Shown here: in pieces, positions 1-9,341 of the stretch
How positions within the stretch are numbered: position 1 is the first letter of the stretch
How the letters are laid out: every line of letters starts with the position of its first letter
Source: a virus
Virus record (IMG/VR): IMGVR_UViG_3300016476_000174
Span: 60,115 to 124,114 of that record
Reading direction: 5' to 3' (one strand)
DNA: 64,000 nt
Made by a program: the position numbers and the translations under genes
Notes under the pieces: model-generated
What the model was told of the DNA's origin: nothing
Seen by the model: only the letters and a program-made list of their open reading frames with translations
The model's database searches: none

Positions 1-798
1 CCACCATATAGCTCTACAATCAATTACTATTTCATTCTGACCTGTAGGTATCTGAGTAAAGTCAATCATTGTAGACTCATAACCTGTTAATAGGTTATCA
101 CTTCCCCAAATAGCTAATGGTTTAATTGCTACGTTACACACATTACCACTTTCTATATAACTAGCAGATTGTGGTGTTCTAGTATATTGACCATAGCCAA
201 TATACCTAGTAGCTGCATTTTGATCTGCATATGTAGTACCTTCTATAGAAACAATTCTTGTTCTTGTATCTAAATCTCTACCATCAGAGAACTGATAAGT
301 GACAACCATGTAATCTGCATCAAATGTAAATGATGTTTGACCCACTTCAATAGTCTCACTTTTTGTGCAAGATGTAACAGTATCTGTCACAGTTACTGTA
401 TAACTCACTCCAGCACTAAGTCCTGTAGCTGTCTGCGTTGTTTGTACAGGAGATGTATTCCAACTATAAGTGTAAGTTCCAGATCCGCCCGTAACAGATG
501 TTACAGTAGCTGTACCATTTGTTCCAGCTTGATTAGTTGGGTTTGTAGTATTAACAACAAGAGCTAGTTCACAAACTTGATCTTCAAAGCTTACTCTTGT
601 AGAATTACCAAAGCTACAAACAGACTCAATTGTACCTGTATAAGATGTAGCTGTTAATCCTGAAATAACTACTGGACTACTTGTAGCAGTAGTTGTTTGA
701 ATATTAGTAGGATTACTTGTTGGCCAATATCTAACCAGGTATCCTCCAGATGGTGCTGGAGAAGCTGCAGTAAAACTTATAGTTAGTTCGTTAGCCAT
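1..798 (-). CDS. Virion protein with FN3-like N-terminus and SprB-type repeat (partial, runs off window)
   Basis: Not in ORF track. ATG at 798, open to position 1. Reads [25 protein letters not shown]...[20 protein letters not shown]...[21 protein letters not shown]. Confidence 0.75.
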   Translation of the reverse strand, partial: MANELTISFTAASPAPSGGYLVRYWPTSNPTNIQTTTATSSPVVISGLTATSYTGTIESVCSFGNSTRVSFEDQVCELALVVNTTNPTNQAGTNGTATVTSVTGGSGTYTYSWNTSPVQTTQTATGLSAGVSYTVTVTDTVTSCTKSETIEVGQTSFTFDADYMVVTYQFSDGRDLDTRTRIVSIEGTTYADQNAATRYIGYGQYTRTPQSASYIESGNVCNVAIKPLAIWGSDNLLTGYESTMIDFTQIPTGQNEIVIDCRAIWW

Positions 799-808
799 TA
801 ATTATATA

Positions 809-1237
809 TTATCTTAAACATGCACCAATACGTGTAAACTGACCACCAGATACTGTTCCTTCTATAGCACAGATAGTTTGTGGAGCTAACGAATTGTTAT
901 AAATAGATAATGGTTGAGAACTATCACATGGTGTATATGTATAATCACCACTGCTTAATAGTTCATAGCTTGCACAACTTGTAGCTACACCAGTTACACC
1001 AAATGTTTCTAACTCATTAAGTTCACCAGTTCCACAATCAGCTAAAATCTTTCCTTCAATACTATAACAAGTAGGAACATTAGGAATAGTAATAGGGTTA
1101 GTAGTTTTATTAGCTACAGTATTCCAAGTTGTACTACCGACAGCTCTCCATTGAATTGTATAACCATTTGCTGGTAAGATATTACTAGCAGAAGTATAAT
1201 TAATTACTAACGTTTTAGTTGTTGAACAAGGTAACAT
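809..1237 (-). CDS. FN3-like virion protein with Cys-rich C-terminal module
   Basis: GYTIQWRAVGSTTW FN3-type strand pattern; 4-Cys tail. Confidence 0.6.
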   Translation of the reverse strand: MLPCSTTKTLVINYTSASNILPANGYTIQWRAVGSTTWNTVANKTTNPITIPNVPTCYSIEGKILADCGTGELNELETFGVTGVATSCASYELLSSGDYTYTPCDSSQPLSIYNNSLAPQTICAIEGTVSGGQFTRIGACLR

Positions 1238-1249
1238 ATATTAATTGGT

Positions 1250-1906
1250 TTATACGATAGTTCCAGTTCCAGATACTTTAACAGGAGATCCAGTAAATGC
1301 TTTAAATGTTTGAGGAGTTCCTTGTACTACAGAAATATTAAATATCTGATGATTAGATCCTGTAGCTTTAATTACAGTTGCACCGCCAGATAATGCAGTA
1401 GTAGGTACAGCAGATGCTACAAAAGTTGTTGTGTTTGTAATAGATAACACTGTACTGCCTGCAGCAAATACTCCAGTTCCAGCTGTTACTTCTAATGTCA
1501 TACCTACAGCTAAACCCGTTGTAGATCCAACAGTAATAGCAGCACCACTACTTGTAGCTCCTGCAGTAGAAGTATATACAGGACCAAGTCCTAAGTAACT
1601 TACTACCATTGGAGTAGTTGTAGTAGATGTAGCTGTATAGTTAATCAAAGGAATAGTTGGACTAACTAAACCATTTAAAACTTTATGTAGCTTAGTTAAT
1701 ACAGTAAGTAAACGATCACCGTTAACAATACCTAAAGCTGGAAGATTTGGTCCAGCAAATTTTATACAATCTGTATATGCAATCTCATCACATGGCTCAC
1801 CTGCAGGACAAGGAGGTAGACTCACTGTATTTGTAGGAGAGCAATCTGCACAACCATCGTTACAGTTAGACAAAGGAAGAGAAGTATCGTTACAACCGCA
1901 TGACAT
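1250..1906 (-). CDS. Cys-rich virion structural protein
   Basis: CIKFAGPNLPALGIVNGD motif is paralogous to CVIWQGPDLSCINLCNGD in 2488..3729; structural operon context. Confidence 0.55.
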   Translation of the reverse strand: MSCGCNDTSLPLSNCNDGCADCSPTNTVSLPPCPAGEPCDEIAYTDCIKFAGPNLPALGIVNGDRLLTVLTKLHKVLNGLVSPTIPLINYTATSTTTTPMVVSYLGLGPVYTSTAGATSSGAAITVGSTTGLAVGMTLEVTAGTGVFAAGSTVLSITNTTTFVASAVPTTALSGGATVIKATGSNHQIFNISVVQGTPQTFKAFTGSPVKVSGTGTIV

Positions 1907-1931
1907 ATCTTTAAGTATTTAAATGTTTTAA

Positions 1932-2486
1932 TTAAGTTTCAGGTGCTAAAGTTGCTACTACGTTTGTAGGAATGCTACATACAGGAGGAGCAGTTGTACT
2001 AACACTGTTAAATTCACAATCAGTTTTAGTTATTGATCCAGCTGTTGGTACAACTTTTAATTTATAAGTAGTTGATGCTGTTAATCCTGTTATTGTACCA
2101 GTACGTGTTGTAGTACCTGTAGGAGTAGATGTACCTACTTCTGTTGTACCGGCTGAATTATATAGTTTAACTACGTATGAGTCAACATCACCACCAATTT
2201 CTGGAAAACTATAACTAACAGTTGTATCAGTAGAAGTAATTGTAACAGTAGGACACAGTATATTAATCTTAGTGATTACAGCACTAGGAGCTGGTGTTCC
2301 ACCAGAACAATTAGTTACTATTCTAAAATTATATAATAAGTTACTGTCAAGACCTGTTACTGTTTCAGTAGTAGCACTACCACCAACTGTACTAAATGTT
2401 ATCCATGTACTAGAGGTGCTCAGTTTATACTGAACATTCTGTGTAGTAGCCCCCGGACCAATAGACCAAGATAACGTTGCGTTCAT
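1932..2486 (-). CDS. Tandem fibronectin type III domain protein
   Basis: ATLSW...VQYK...TVTGLDSNLLYNFRIV and TITGLTASTTYKLKV. Confidence 0.75.
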   Translation of the reverse strand: MNATLSWSIGPGATTQNVQYKLSTSSTWITFSTVGGSATTETVTGLDSNLLYNFRIVTNCSGGTPAPSAVITKINILCPTVTITSTDTTVSYSFPEIGGDVDSYVVKLYNSAGTTEVGTSTPTGTTTRTGTITGLTASTTYKLKVVPTAGSITKTDCEFNSVSTTAPPVCSIPTNVVATLAPET

Positions 2487-2487
2487 A

Positions 2488-3729
2488 TTATTCTAATGTT
2501 GCACTTACAGATGTAATGATAGGACATGGTACTGGTACATCAAATGTAGCCACTTTAGAACATGTATTACCACTCTTGCTTACACAGCCTTCAACTGTTA
2601 CAGTGTAGTTTTGACTAGCATTCAACGCTGCACCAGATACTGTAAATGTTACACCATCTGTATCAGTTTGAGCTGCTACTAAATCTACATATCCTGTAAA
2701 GATGTGACCAGAAGTATCTTTAATTGTAACTTTAGATCCTTGAGCATTACAGTTTGCAAAACCTGCAGGAACCACTGTACTACCAGAGAAGAATAATGTA
2801 ACTTGTGTACGAGCTTCATTAGCTGCTGCACTAAATCCAAGAAGGAATGCAGAACAGTCAGTTGTACCAGCAGCATTTTTAAGATCATAAATAGCTGATC
2901 TCATATCACATAATACAACCCATAAGTTTTTAATAGCCCCAGCTACTGTACCAGATAGAGCATCTCCTGTAGAAGGAACCCATCCTGTTAAACCACTCAC
3001 ATAGCCTGGTTGACTAAGAGCGTTTTGTGTAGCTAAGTTTTGACATTGTTGACCAACAGCTGCAGTTAAACCAGCGTTAGTTCCAAGTACACTTCTTAAA
3101 TTACAATACTGTGCTTCTAACTCATCTAATACTAAATTCATAGCAGTAGGTGTTGAAGGAAGAATACAGTTAGGAGTCACTGTAGGTAGAGTTACACTAG
3201 GTGCATTCTCTAAAGCAGTAATTCTTGTATTATATGTAGCCAATGTAGTTGTATGACCATCTACAGTAGCTTTAAGAGTACAGTATTGATTACCTAATCT
3301 TAAAGTGTATTGATTATGAACAAGTTGTGTAATAGTCTGACCAGTTGCTGGATCAGTATATTGTAAACAAGTTGGTAAAAGTAAGTTAGGTTCAGTATAA
3401 GAATTACCTCCGTTAGGTAAGTTTTCAATTGTTGTATTTAAACAACACACCTTTTCTATAATAAAATCCAACACTGCTGACAGGGTCTTATTAGTAGGGG
3501 CAGGATTTGTTGCCGAGCAAAATGAAACTAGACAAGATAAGTCTAAAGTAGATAAGTCTAAGGCTGACTGTATTGTACATAGCTGTGTTGCAAGCTTATA
3601 TACTACATCAGAAACAGCATCACCGTTGCAGAGGTTAATGCAAGATAGATCCGGTCCTTGCCAAATTACACAATTTGAGGATACCGGAGAACAACCCTTA
3701 TCAGCAGTATTGGATTTTGTAGGTAGCAT
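2488..3729 (-). CDS. Cys-rich virion structural protein
   Basis: 413 aa, many Cys, coiled-coil stretch, beta-rich C-terminus; structural operon. Confidence 0.55.
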   Translation of the reverse strand: MLPTKSNTADKGCSPVSSNCVIWQGPDLSCINLCNGDAVSDVVYKLATQLCTIQSALDLSTLDLSCLVSFCSATNPAPTNKTLSAVLDFIIEKVCCLNTTIENLPNGGNSYTEPNLLLPTCLQYTDPATGQTITQLVHNQYTLRLGNQYCTLKATVDGHTTTLATYNTRITALENAPSVTLPTVTPNCILPSTPTAMNLVLDELEAQYCNLRSVLGTNAGLTAAVGQQCQNLATQNALSQPGYVSGLTGWVPSTGDALSGTVAGAIKNLWVVLCDMRSAIYDLKNAAGTTDCSAFLLGFSAAANEARTQVTLFFSGSTVVPAGFANCNAQGSKVTIKDTSGHIFTGYVDLVAAQTDTDGVTFTVSGAALNASQNYTVTVEGCVSKSGNTCSKVATFDVPVPCPIITSVSATLE

Positions 3730-3753
3730 ATAATATTGGGTATCAATAAGTTA

Positions 3754-4260
3754 TTAACAATCAACTACGTTGTCTGCACCAAACAGACCTTCTAATTTAG
3801 TTTTAAGATGTGCATAACCAAATGCAAAAACATCTACACCTTCTGCAGAAGATAAATCAGGAACAACTTTTGTAACTGTCTCTTGCACATCTTGCTCCTG
3901 CATTTCTACACGAGTTCTTGTAACTGTAGTAGTAGTTGTATTTCCTTCAGTATCTGGAGCACTAGTTACATCTTCTGTATATTCTACTTCTACAGGAACC
4001 ATACGTTGTACTGTAGTAGTTTCTTCTACTTCTTTAGTTAAAGCTACATACAAACTCTCACCAATTTGTTGGTTGCGAGCTGTACCACTGCCCATTCCTG
4101 GGTAAGTACCAATAGGAGCAGCATCATCTTGAGATTGAAAAAGCTCAATTCTAAAGCTAGCAGATCCATATTTTGAAATCTGATAGTCAGAAATACGTAC
4201 ATATGCCTCAGAGGTGATACCTTTATCGGTTCCTATCTGGGTTGTGATTTTAAGTGCCAT
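3754..4260 (-). CDS. Hypothetical phage protein
   Basis: Clean ORF with upstream late-type motif. Confidence 0.6.
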   Translation of the reverse strand: MALKITTQIGTDKGITSEAYVRISDYQISKYGSASFRIELFQSQDDAAPIGTYPGMGSGTARNQQIGESLYVALTKEVEETTTVQRMVPVEVEYTEDVTSAPDTEGNTTTTTVTRTRVEMQEQDVQETVTKVVPDLSSAEGVDVFAFGYAHLKTKLEGLFGADNVVDC

Positions 4261-4287
4261 ATAACAATATGTTTAGATTTTAAGTAG

Positions 4288-4305
4288 TCTACAATATAAT
4301 ATACA
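4288..4305 (-). promoter_or_regulatory. Putative phage late promoter (GTATATTA motif)
   Basis: TGTATATTATATTGTAGA on minus strand just after a terminator; similar motif at 26761, 33613, 44514. Confidence 0.45.
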
Positions 4306-4324
4306 TTATTTTTATGGAAATAAC

Positions 4325-4357
4325 AAAAAAACCACCCCCATAGGAGGTGGCCTTTTT
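4325..4357 (-). terminator. Rho-independent terminator
   Basis: GGCCACCTCC-TAT-GGGGGTGGTT followed by T run, downstream of 4382..4894. Confidence 0.8.
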
Positions 4358-4381
4358 ACCTATATGAAAGAAAGCAGGGAT

Positions 4382-4894
4382 TTAGTTCAAAGGAACAACT
4401 TTAGTTTCTTCAATCTTAATAAGCTTAAAGAATGTCCCATAGTTTTCTGAGGTTTCAACCTTCTCAAAATCTTCAAGAGAGAAAGCTTTATACTCAAGTT
4501 CTTTTTCAGTTTGAAGCAAAGTATTAAACTCTTTTTCAAATTCTTGATAAGCTGGATTAATAGTTTTCTTAGTAAACCAGTTACCGTCCTTATCTAAGTC
4601 TTTGATAGGTTGACCTTCTTCGTCTAACTCATCAATAACCATAGGAATAGAGATACCACCCTTGTCATCTTCTGTACCAAACTTCTTGATAAGGTCATTC
4701 TTTAATTCTTCAACAGTAGCTTTTTCAGCTGCTACTTTCTTACCAAGTTCTGTTAGCCAGTACTTAGTTACTAAAGATAATTTCTCCTGGATTAAACCAG
4801 AAGCAATCTTTTCACCAGTTTGTTGGTTGGTTAAACCGTTAAGTTCTGCATCTAGATTGTAGAACTCAAACAACTTAAGAGAAATTTTTTCCAT
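4382..4894 (-). CDS. Hypothetical phage protein (DUF1617-like coiled-coil)
   Basis: Charged helical protein, LIKKFG...EFNTLLQTEKEL pattern. Confidence 0.5.
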   Translation of the reverse strand: MEKISLKLFEFYNLDAELNGLTNQQTGEKIASGLIQEKLSLVTKYWLTELGKKVAAEKATVEELKNDLIKKFGTEDDKGGISIPMVIDELDEEGQPIKDLDKDGNWFTKKTINPAYQEFEKEFNTLLQTEKELEYKAFSLEDFEKVETSENYGTFFKLIKIEETKVVPLN

Positions 4895-4932
4895 GTGTTT
4901 TAAAAATTTTAGATTAATCTGTTACGAATATA

Positions 4933-4940
4933 CAAAGATA
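4933..4940 (-). promoter_or_regulatory. Bacteroidota-type -7 promoter box
   Basis: TATCTTTG matches TAnnTTTG, about 40 nt upstream of ATG 4894. Confidence 0.45.
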
Positions 4941-4961
4941 TACAAGTAACATGCCAATAAA

Positions 4962-4977
4962 GTTATCCACAAATGTT
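4962..4977 (+). repeat. 16-bp element containing a perfect DnaA box
   Basis: GTTATCCACAAATGTT; exact reverse complement at 44592..44607. Confidence 0.6.
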
Positions 4978-4982
4978 AATGA

Positions 4983-5213
4983 CTAGTTGGCAGATAGATA
5001 AGATAACACACTAGCTTTGACAGTGTTATACTCTTCTTCTGTAATTTCAGTCCAGTTATCTCTAATTCTAGCTGCATGTAAAGTATCTACAGCAGGAGAA
5101 GCTCCACCATAAATAATAGCTTTTTGACTAACAGAATTATTTACTTGAAGAAAAAAAGTTTTTTCAGAATCTAATTTAAAGTAAGAATCATGAATTTTGT
5201 AATAAGATATCAT
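4983..5213 (-). CDS. Hypothetical protein (possible fibre-tip accessory)
   Basis: Tightly packed ORF at end of fibre operon. Confidence 0.55.
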   Translation of the reverse strand: MISYYKIHDSYFKLDSEKTFFLQVNNSVSQKAIIYGGASPAVDTLHAARIRDNWTEITEEEYNTVKASVLSYLSAN

Positions 5214-5229
5214 AGATGTAATATTAAAA

Positions 5230-5547
5230 TTATACTAAGCAACTGTTTCCTGAATTATATAATGCACCACTTATTGCAGATTGTGCACAAACTCCTCCGC
5301 CATACCAAAAATATTGTGTACTCCAGTTACCACTACAATCGTAGTAATCAAAGTATCCATCATAAGAAGCATAGAAGTAATAACAAGTAGGTGGCGTATA
5401 ACTACTATACCCATAGAACTCACTCATGTTATGTGCAGCTGTAAAACCAACAGCTTGGCTAAGAGTAGCTAAACTATTACTATCAACTGCAGTAACTTCT
5501 GCATTTATCTGACTAATACTTATAGCACCTGAAGATTGTAAAGCCAT
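5230..5547 (-). CDS. Putative tail-fibre tip adhesin
   Basis: MALQSSGAISISQIN...MSEFYG N-terminus typical of small proteins following S74 fibres; Tyr/Cys-rich C-terminus. Confidence 0.55.
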   Translation of the reverse strand: MALQSSGAISISQINAEVTAVDSNSLATLSQAVGFTAAHNMSEFYGYSSYTPPTCYYFYASYDGYFDYYDCSGNWSTQYFWYGGGVCAQSAISGALYNSGNSCLV

Positions 5548-5570
5548 ATTGTAAATATATTAATTATTAT

Positions 5571-7085
5571 TTAAACTTGACCACCGCCACCACCAAAACA
5601 ACACGTTTCACTATTATACTGTTGAACTTCAGCATAATAAGTTCCTCCACTTCCATCAGCTCTTACAGCTGTTAAATCACAACCTACACATTCACTATAT
5701 AAAAAAGTACCGTAAGCCGGATAAGAAGATCCACCACCACCCGAGTAATAGTAGGCTTTTCTATAAATCTTTGTCCATATACGAACAGCAGCTGCTTTTG
5801 GACTAAATGAAACACCACCGTTAATACTATAATTAAATTGACCTGCATTGTACAAAGGCATTGATATATAATTATTAGTTATACCTGAAGTAGTAACATC
5901 ACCACCTGCTATACCAATACAGCCACTATATCCATCAGTTGATGAAAATGTACTTCCATAATTAGATGATGTTATAATTCTAGCTGGTGTTGAGTTAGAA
6001 TCCATACCTTCAAAATTAACTGTTGCGTTAGTTGCACCAACCATTGTTTGTCCATTATCTGAAATTGTAGCAGAAACAAATCCAGAGTTTTGAGCTCCTC
6101 CTAAATAATAAGCAGTAGTGTTTGAATATTTTTGTGACCATGTTGATCCATAGTTATTACTAACAAAAGCTTTTATTCCTCTTGTGCCAAAAGTTCCTGG
6201 CTCAACCCAATCTGAAGTTATAAACTGATTTTGTCCAGTATAGTCTAAAGCAATATCTAAAAATGCTGCATATTCACTAGTTCCACTTTTTGTCCAAGTA
6301 GCTCCATAATTATTAGAGTATAATCTAAAAGACCAAGGACGTGGAACATTAACTGCTCCTGGATCTACTCTATATGAAAATACAGCTGTCATATACTGAC
6401 CATTACCAGACACAGATACTTTTCCTGATATGTTATACAAAACAAGACCAGAGCCATCTGTATAAGAACCAGCTCCAAAACTTGCACCAAAATCATTTGA
6501 CGTTGCAATACGGGCATTTCTAAGAGTATTAAGTCCTGAATTAGAACTAGTACTTACACCTGAAACACATATATACTGACCATTTTTAGACATTGAAACA
6601 CCTGTTGGATAAAATCCAATTAGTATAAAACTTAATGTCACAGCTGAAAAAGAAGCACCACCATTATTAGATATATATACTAAATTATTTTGTATCTCAG
6701 ATATTAAAGCAATGTATGTACCAGTACTATCGCCAGCTATACCTGTCCAGTCTAAATCAAAACCTGGTGAACCAGAAAGTGCAGACCATGTGCTACCACC
6801 ATCAATTGATTTGTAAGCATAATTAGCTGCTACACCATACATTAAATATGGTGTAACTGTAGTAATTCCTGATAAGTCTTGTTTAGTAACTAATTGATTA
6901 GAGCTTTTAGCAGCATATGATGGAAGAGATGTATCAATATTTATATAAGTATTAGCTTCACTTTTAGTAACCTGTTTTGTACCACTAGGAATACTAGTTT
7001 TAGCTGTAAACACTCCTTGTGATACACCACTTTGTAAATTATTAAAACTAATAGTCTGATTTTGATTAAGGTCACTGTAGGCCAT
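5571..7085 (-). CDS. BNR/Asp-box (sialidase-like beta-propeller) receptor-binding protein
   Basis: Repeated SxD/NxGxxW/F boxes (SIDGGSTW, SNDFGASF, SNNYGATW, SNNYGSTW); start moved to MAYSD. Confidence 0.7.
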   Translation of the reverse strand: MAYSDLNQNQTISFNNLQSGVSQGVFTAKTSIPSGTKQVTKSEANTYINIDTSLPSYAAKSSNQLVTKQDLSGITTVTPYLMYGVAANYAYKSIDGGSTWSALSGSPGFDLDWTGIAGDSTGTYIALISEIQNNLVYISNNGGASFSAVTLSFILIGFYPTGVSMSKNGQYICVSGVSTSSNSGLNTLRNARIATSNDFGASFGAGSYTDGSGLVLYNISGKVSVSGNGQYMTAVFSYRVDPGAVNVPRPWSFRLYSNNYGATWTKSGTSEYAAFLDIALDYTGQNQFITSDWVEPGTFGTRGIKAFVSNNYGSTWSQKYSNTTAYYLGGAQNSGFVSATISDNGQTMVGATNATVNFEGMDSNSTPARIITSSNYGSTFSSTDGYSGCIGIAGGDVTTSGITNNYISMPLYNAGQFNYSINGGVSFSPKAAAVRIWTKIYRKAYYYSGGGGSSYPAYGTFLYSECVGCDLTAVRADGSGGTYYAEVQQYNSETCCFGGGGGQV

Positions 7086-9333
7086 TATTGTATAATTTAG
7101 CTTCAAGTTCTGCAATACGTTTTTCTAAAGCAGCTATCTTTAATGTATGAACATCAGAATAGTTAACTGTCATTTCATCTCTAGTTCCTCCTATTAAGTC
7201 TTCTGATAAAGATTTAACCTGTTGAGCAGAGTAACCATATCTAATTACACTACTTCCTTTTCTTGTAAACTTAATTACATCAAGCCCATCTAAAGATAAA
7301 TTAGGATTAATTTCAATTACATTCTTATATCTAATATCTGAAGATTCATAAAAAGCATTAGCTGTAAGATTTCCTGATGAGTCAAGTGTCATTAAAATAA
7401 CACTTGCCCCACTATTATACCATCTGTAGTTTAATGACTGCATAGCCATACCTACAGATGCCATATCTACAATCTCTGGAGTACCATTACCAGACAATAT
7501 ATTATTACCGTTAAATCTATATTTAGCTACTCTTAAGCTATCACTTGTTATATAAACAGATTCTGTATTACCAGCTACTAGTGTTAATTCTCCAGAGCCA
7601 AAATTTCCAACTAAAGCTCTGTATCCTGTAGTAGGATACATGCGTATTGATGCTACATTACTTGCACCAACTGCTTCAATTTGAAGATATGGTTCTGTAG
7701 ATACTAAATGCAATGCTAAATTAGTAGAACTACGAGAGTCAATAGTTAATCTACCACTCATACTATCACCAGTTCTTACAACCCATCCACCATAGTTTCC
7801 TAGATCATTACTAAACTGACTAAGAGCTGTAGGTCTTCCACTAACATTTGTCCATGCTACTGATCCAGTACTATCAGAATAACCAACTCTTGCTTCAGCA
7901 TGGAATGTATCACCACTATATCCTCTTATAAACCAATGTGAACCAGTCCAATGTGTTTGTACAGAATAATCAGAATCATCATCTCTTCTATACAAACGTG
8001 TTACACCACGAGAGTTTCTAGAATCAGTATTAAGTGAAGTATTATAAGTTGTAAGTACAGCACCAGCTAATGATGTAAGATATCCAGGTCCGTTAGATAA
8101 CTGATTTAAGTTAGTAAGATTACCAACATGCCATATAGTGTTACCATTTACCTTAGCACCATCTCCACTAGGAACAGATATATTAAACCAATCATCTGCA
8201 TCATTAGTAAGATATACTTCTAAAGACATAGCTTCACCAGAACGAGCTATTAATCTCATACCTGCTGTATCACCACTTCCTCCAAATACATCATTAGGAA
8301 ACTTAAGTCCATTAGTTGCACCTTCTTTTAAAGTGATTGCTCCTGTCATAACTCCACCAGCTAGTGGTAATCCACCAAGCCCTGCCAAAGTATATACAGG
8401 TAATGTCTGCCAAGTCTTATCTCCACGCCAATACTGAGCAGTAGTTCCTGCAGTAATTGGGGCTTCATAGTTTGTAGATACAGATATAACACCTGATGTT
8501 ATTGTAACACCTGATCCAATCTTTACACCTCCTAATACAGTATCTGTAGCTACTGGTAAAGTGTATGTATTAGCTCCAGATATTACTCCACTACCATTAA
8601 TAGTAATTGTTGTACCATCAACTTTAACACCACCTAAAACTGTTGTACTAGCTGTAGGTAAAGAATAAGTTGGAAGATTCTGCCATGTTTTATCCCCTCT
8701 CCAATACTGTGATGTAGTACCAGCAGCAATACTTGGTTCTTTACTGTCTAATGCAGTCTGTAATCCAGCTATGTTTGATATAATATGAGTATGACCAATA
8801 ACAGAAAATAAAGCATCAGCTTCTACTTTAGTATAATATAATACTTTTTGAGCTGCCCATACAGGATCTGTTTCTATAGCAATAGGTGTATAAGTAAGAG
8901 CTGTAGTTACATCAAGAGCTGTAAGTGTCACTGCACCTGTGCGGGTATTAAAACTACTTACACCATTAAATTCATTTTGATACTGAGGTACGTTAAGCAC
9001 ACCAGTAACAGCATTATATGTAGCAGGACCCGTACTTCCAACAGTAGTTAGTGATATAGAAGCTCTAGCTCTAGCATTACTAAAATATAGATTGGTTTCT
9101 TCTTTAACCATATCTGTATTATAATCTCCTGGCTGAGCTGTAATAGCACCTTGTCTACCAAATACAGAAGTAACATCTGTATTACTAATAAGCTGACTAG
9201 TAGCCACTCTAGAAATCATCCCACCTACACCTGCTACTAATACATGTGTAGGTGTATTAAGAGTAATAGGATAGTTACCTACAGATACACCTGCAGGAAA
9301 ATATATATTGCCGTATGAGTCAGTATTAAACAA
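7072..9333 (-). CDS. Tail fibre with C-terminal peptidase S74 intramolecular chaperone
   Basis: SDIRYKN...YGYSAQQV...VNYSD plus terminal coiled coil; LGGVKI and QYWRGDKTWQ repeats; TTG start. Confidence 0.85.
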   Translation of the reverse strand: MFNTDSYGNIYFPAGVSVGNYPITLNTPTHVLVAGVGGMISRVATSQLISNTDVTSVFGRQGAITAQPGDYNTDMVKEETNLYFSNARARASISLTTVGSTGPATYNAVTGVLNVPQYQNEFNGVSSFNTRTGAVTLTALDVTTALTYTPIAIETDPVWAAQKVLYYTKVEADALFSVIGHTHIISNIAGLQTALDSKEPSIAAGTTSQYWRGDKTWQNLPTYSLPTASTTVLGGVKVDGTTITINGSGVISGANTYTLPVATDTVLGGVKIGSGVTITSGVISVSTNYEAPITAGTTAQYWRGDKTWQTLPVYTLAGLGGLPLAGGVMTGAITLKEGATNGLKFPNDVFGGSGDTAGMRLIARSGEAMSLEVYLTNDADDWFNISVPSGDGAKVNGNTIWHVGNLTNLNQLSNGPGYLTSLAGAVLTTYNTSLNTDSRNSRGVTRLYRRDDDSDYSVQTHWTGSHWFIRGYSGDTFHAEARVGYSDSTGSVAWTNVSGRPTALSQFSNDLGNYGGWVVRTGDSMSGRLTIDSRSSTNLALHLVSTEPYLQIEAVGASNVASIRMYPTTGYRALVGNFGSGELTLVAGNTESVYITSDSLRVAKYRFNGNNILSGNGTPEIVDMASVGMAMQSLNYRWYNSGASVILMTLDSSGNLTANAFYESSDIRYKNVIEINPNLSLDGLDVIKFTRKGSSVIRYGYSAQQVKSLSEDLIGGTRDEMTVNYSDVHTLKIAALEKRIAELEAKLYNNGLQ

Positions 9334-9341
9334 AGCTTATA

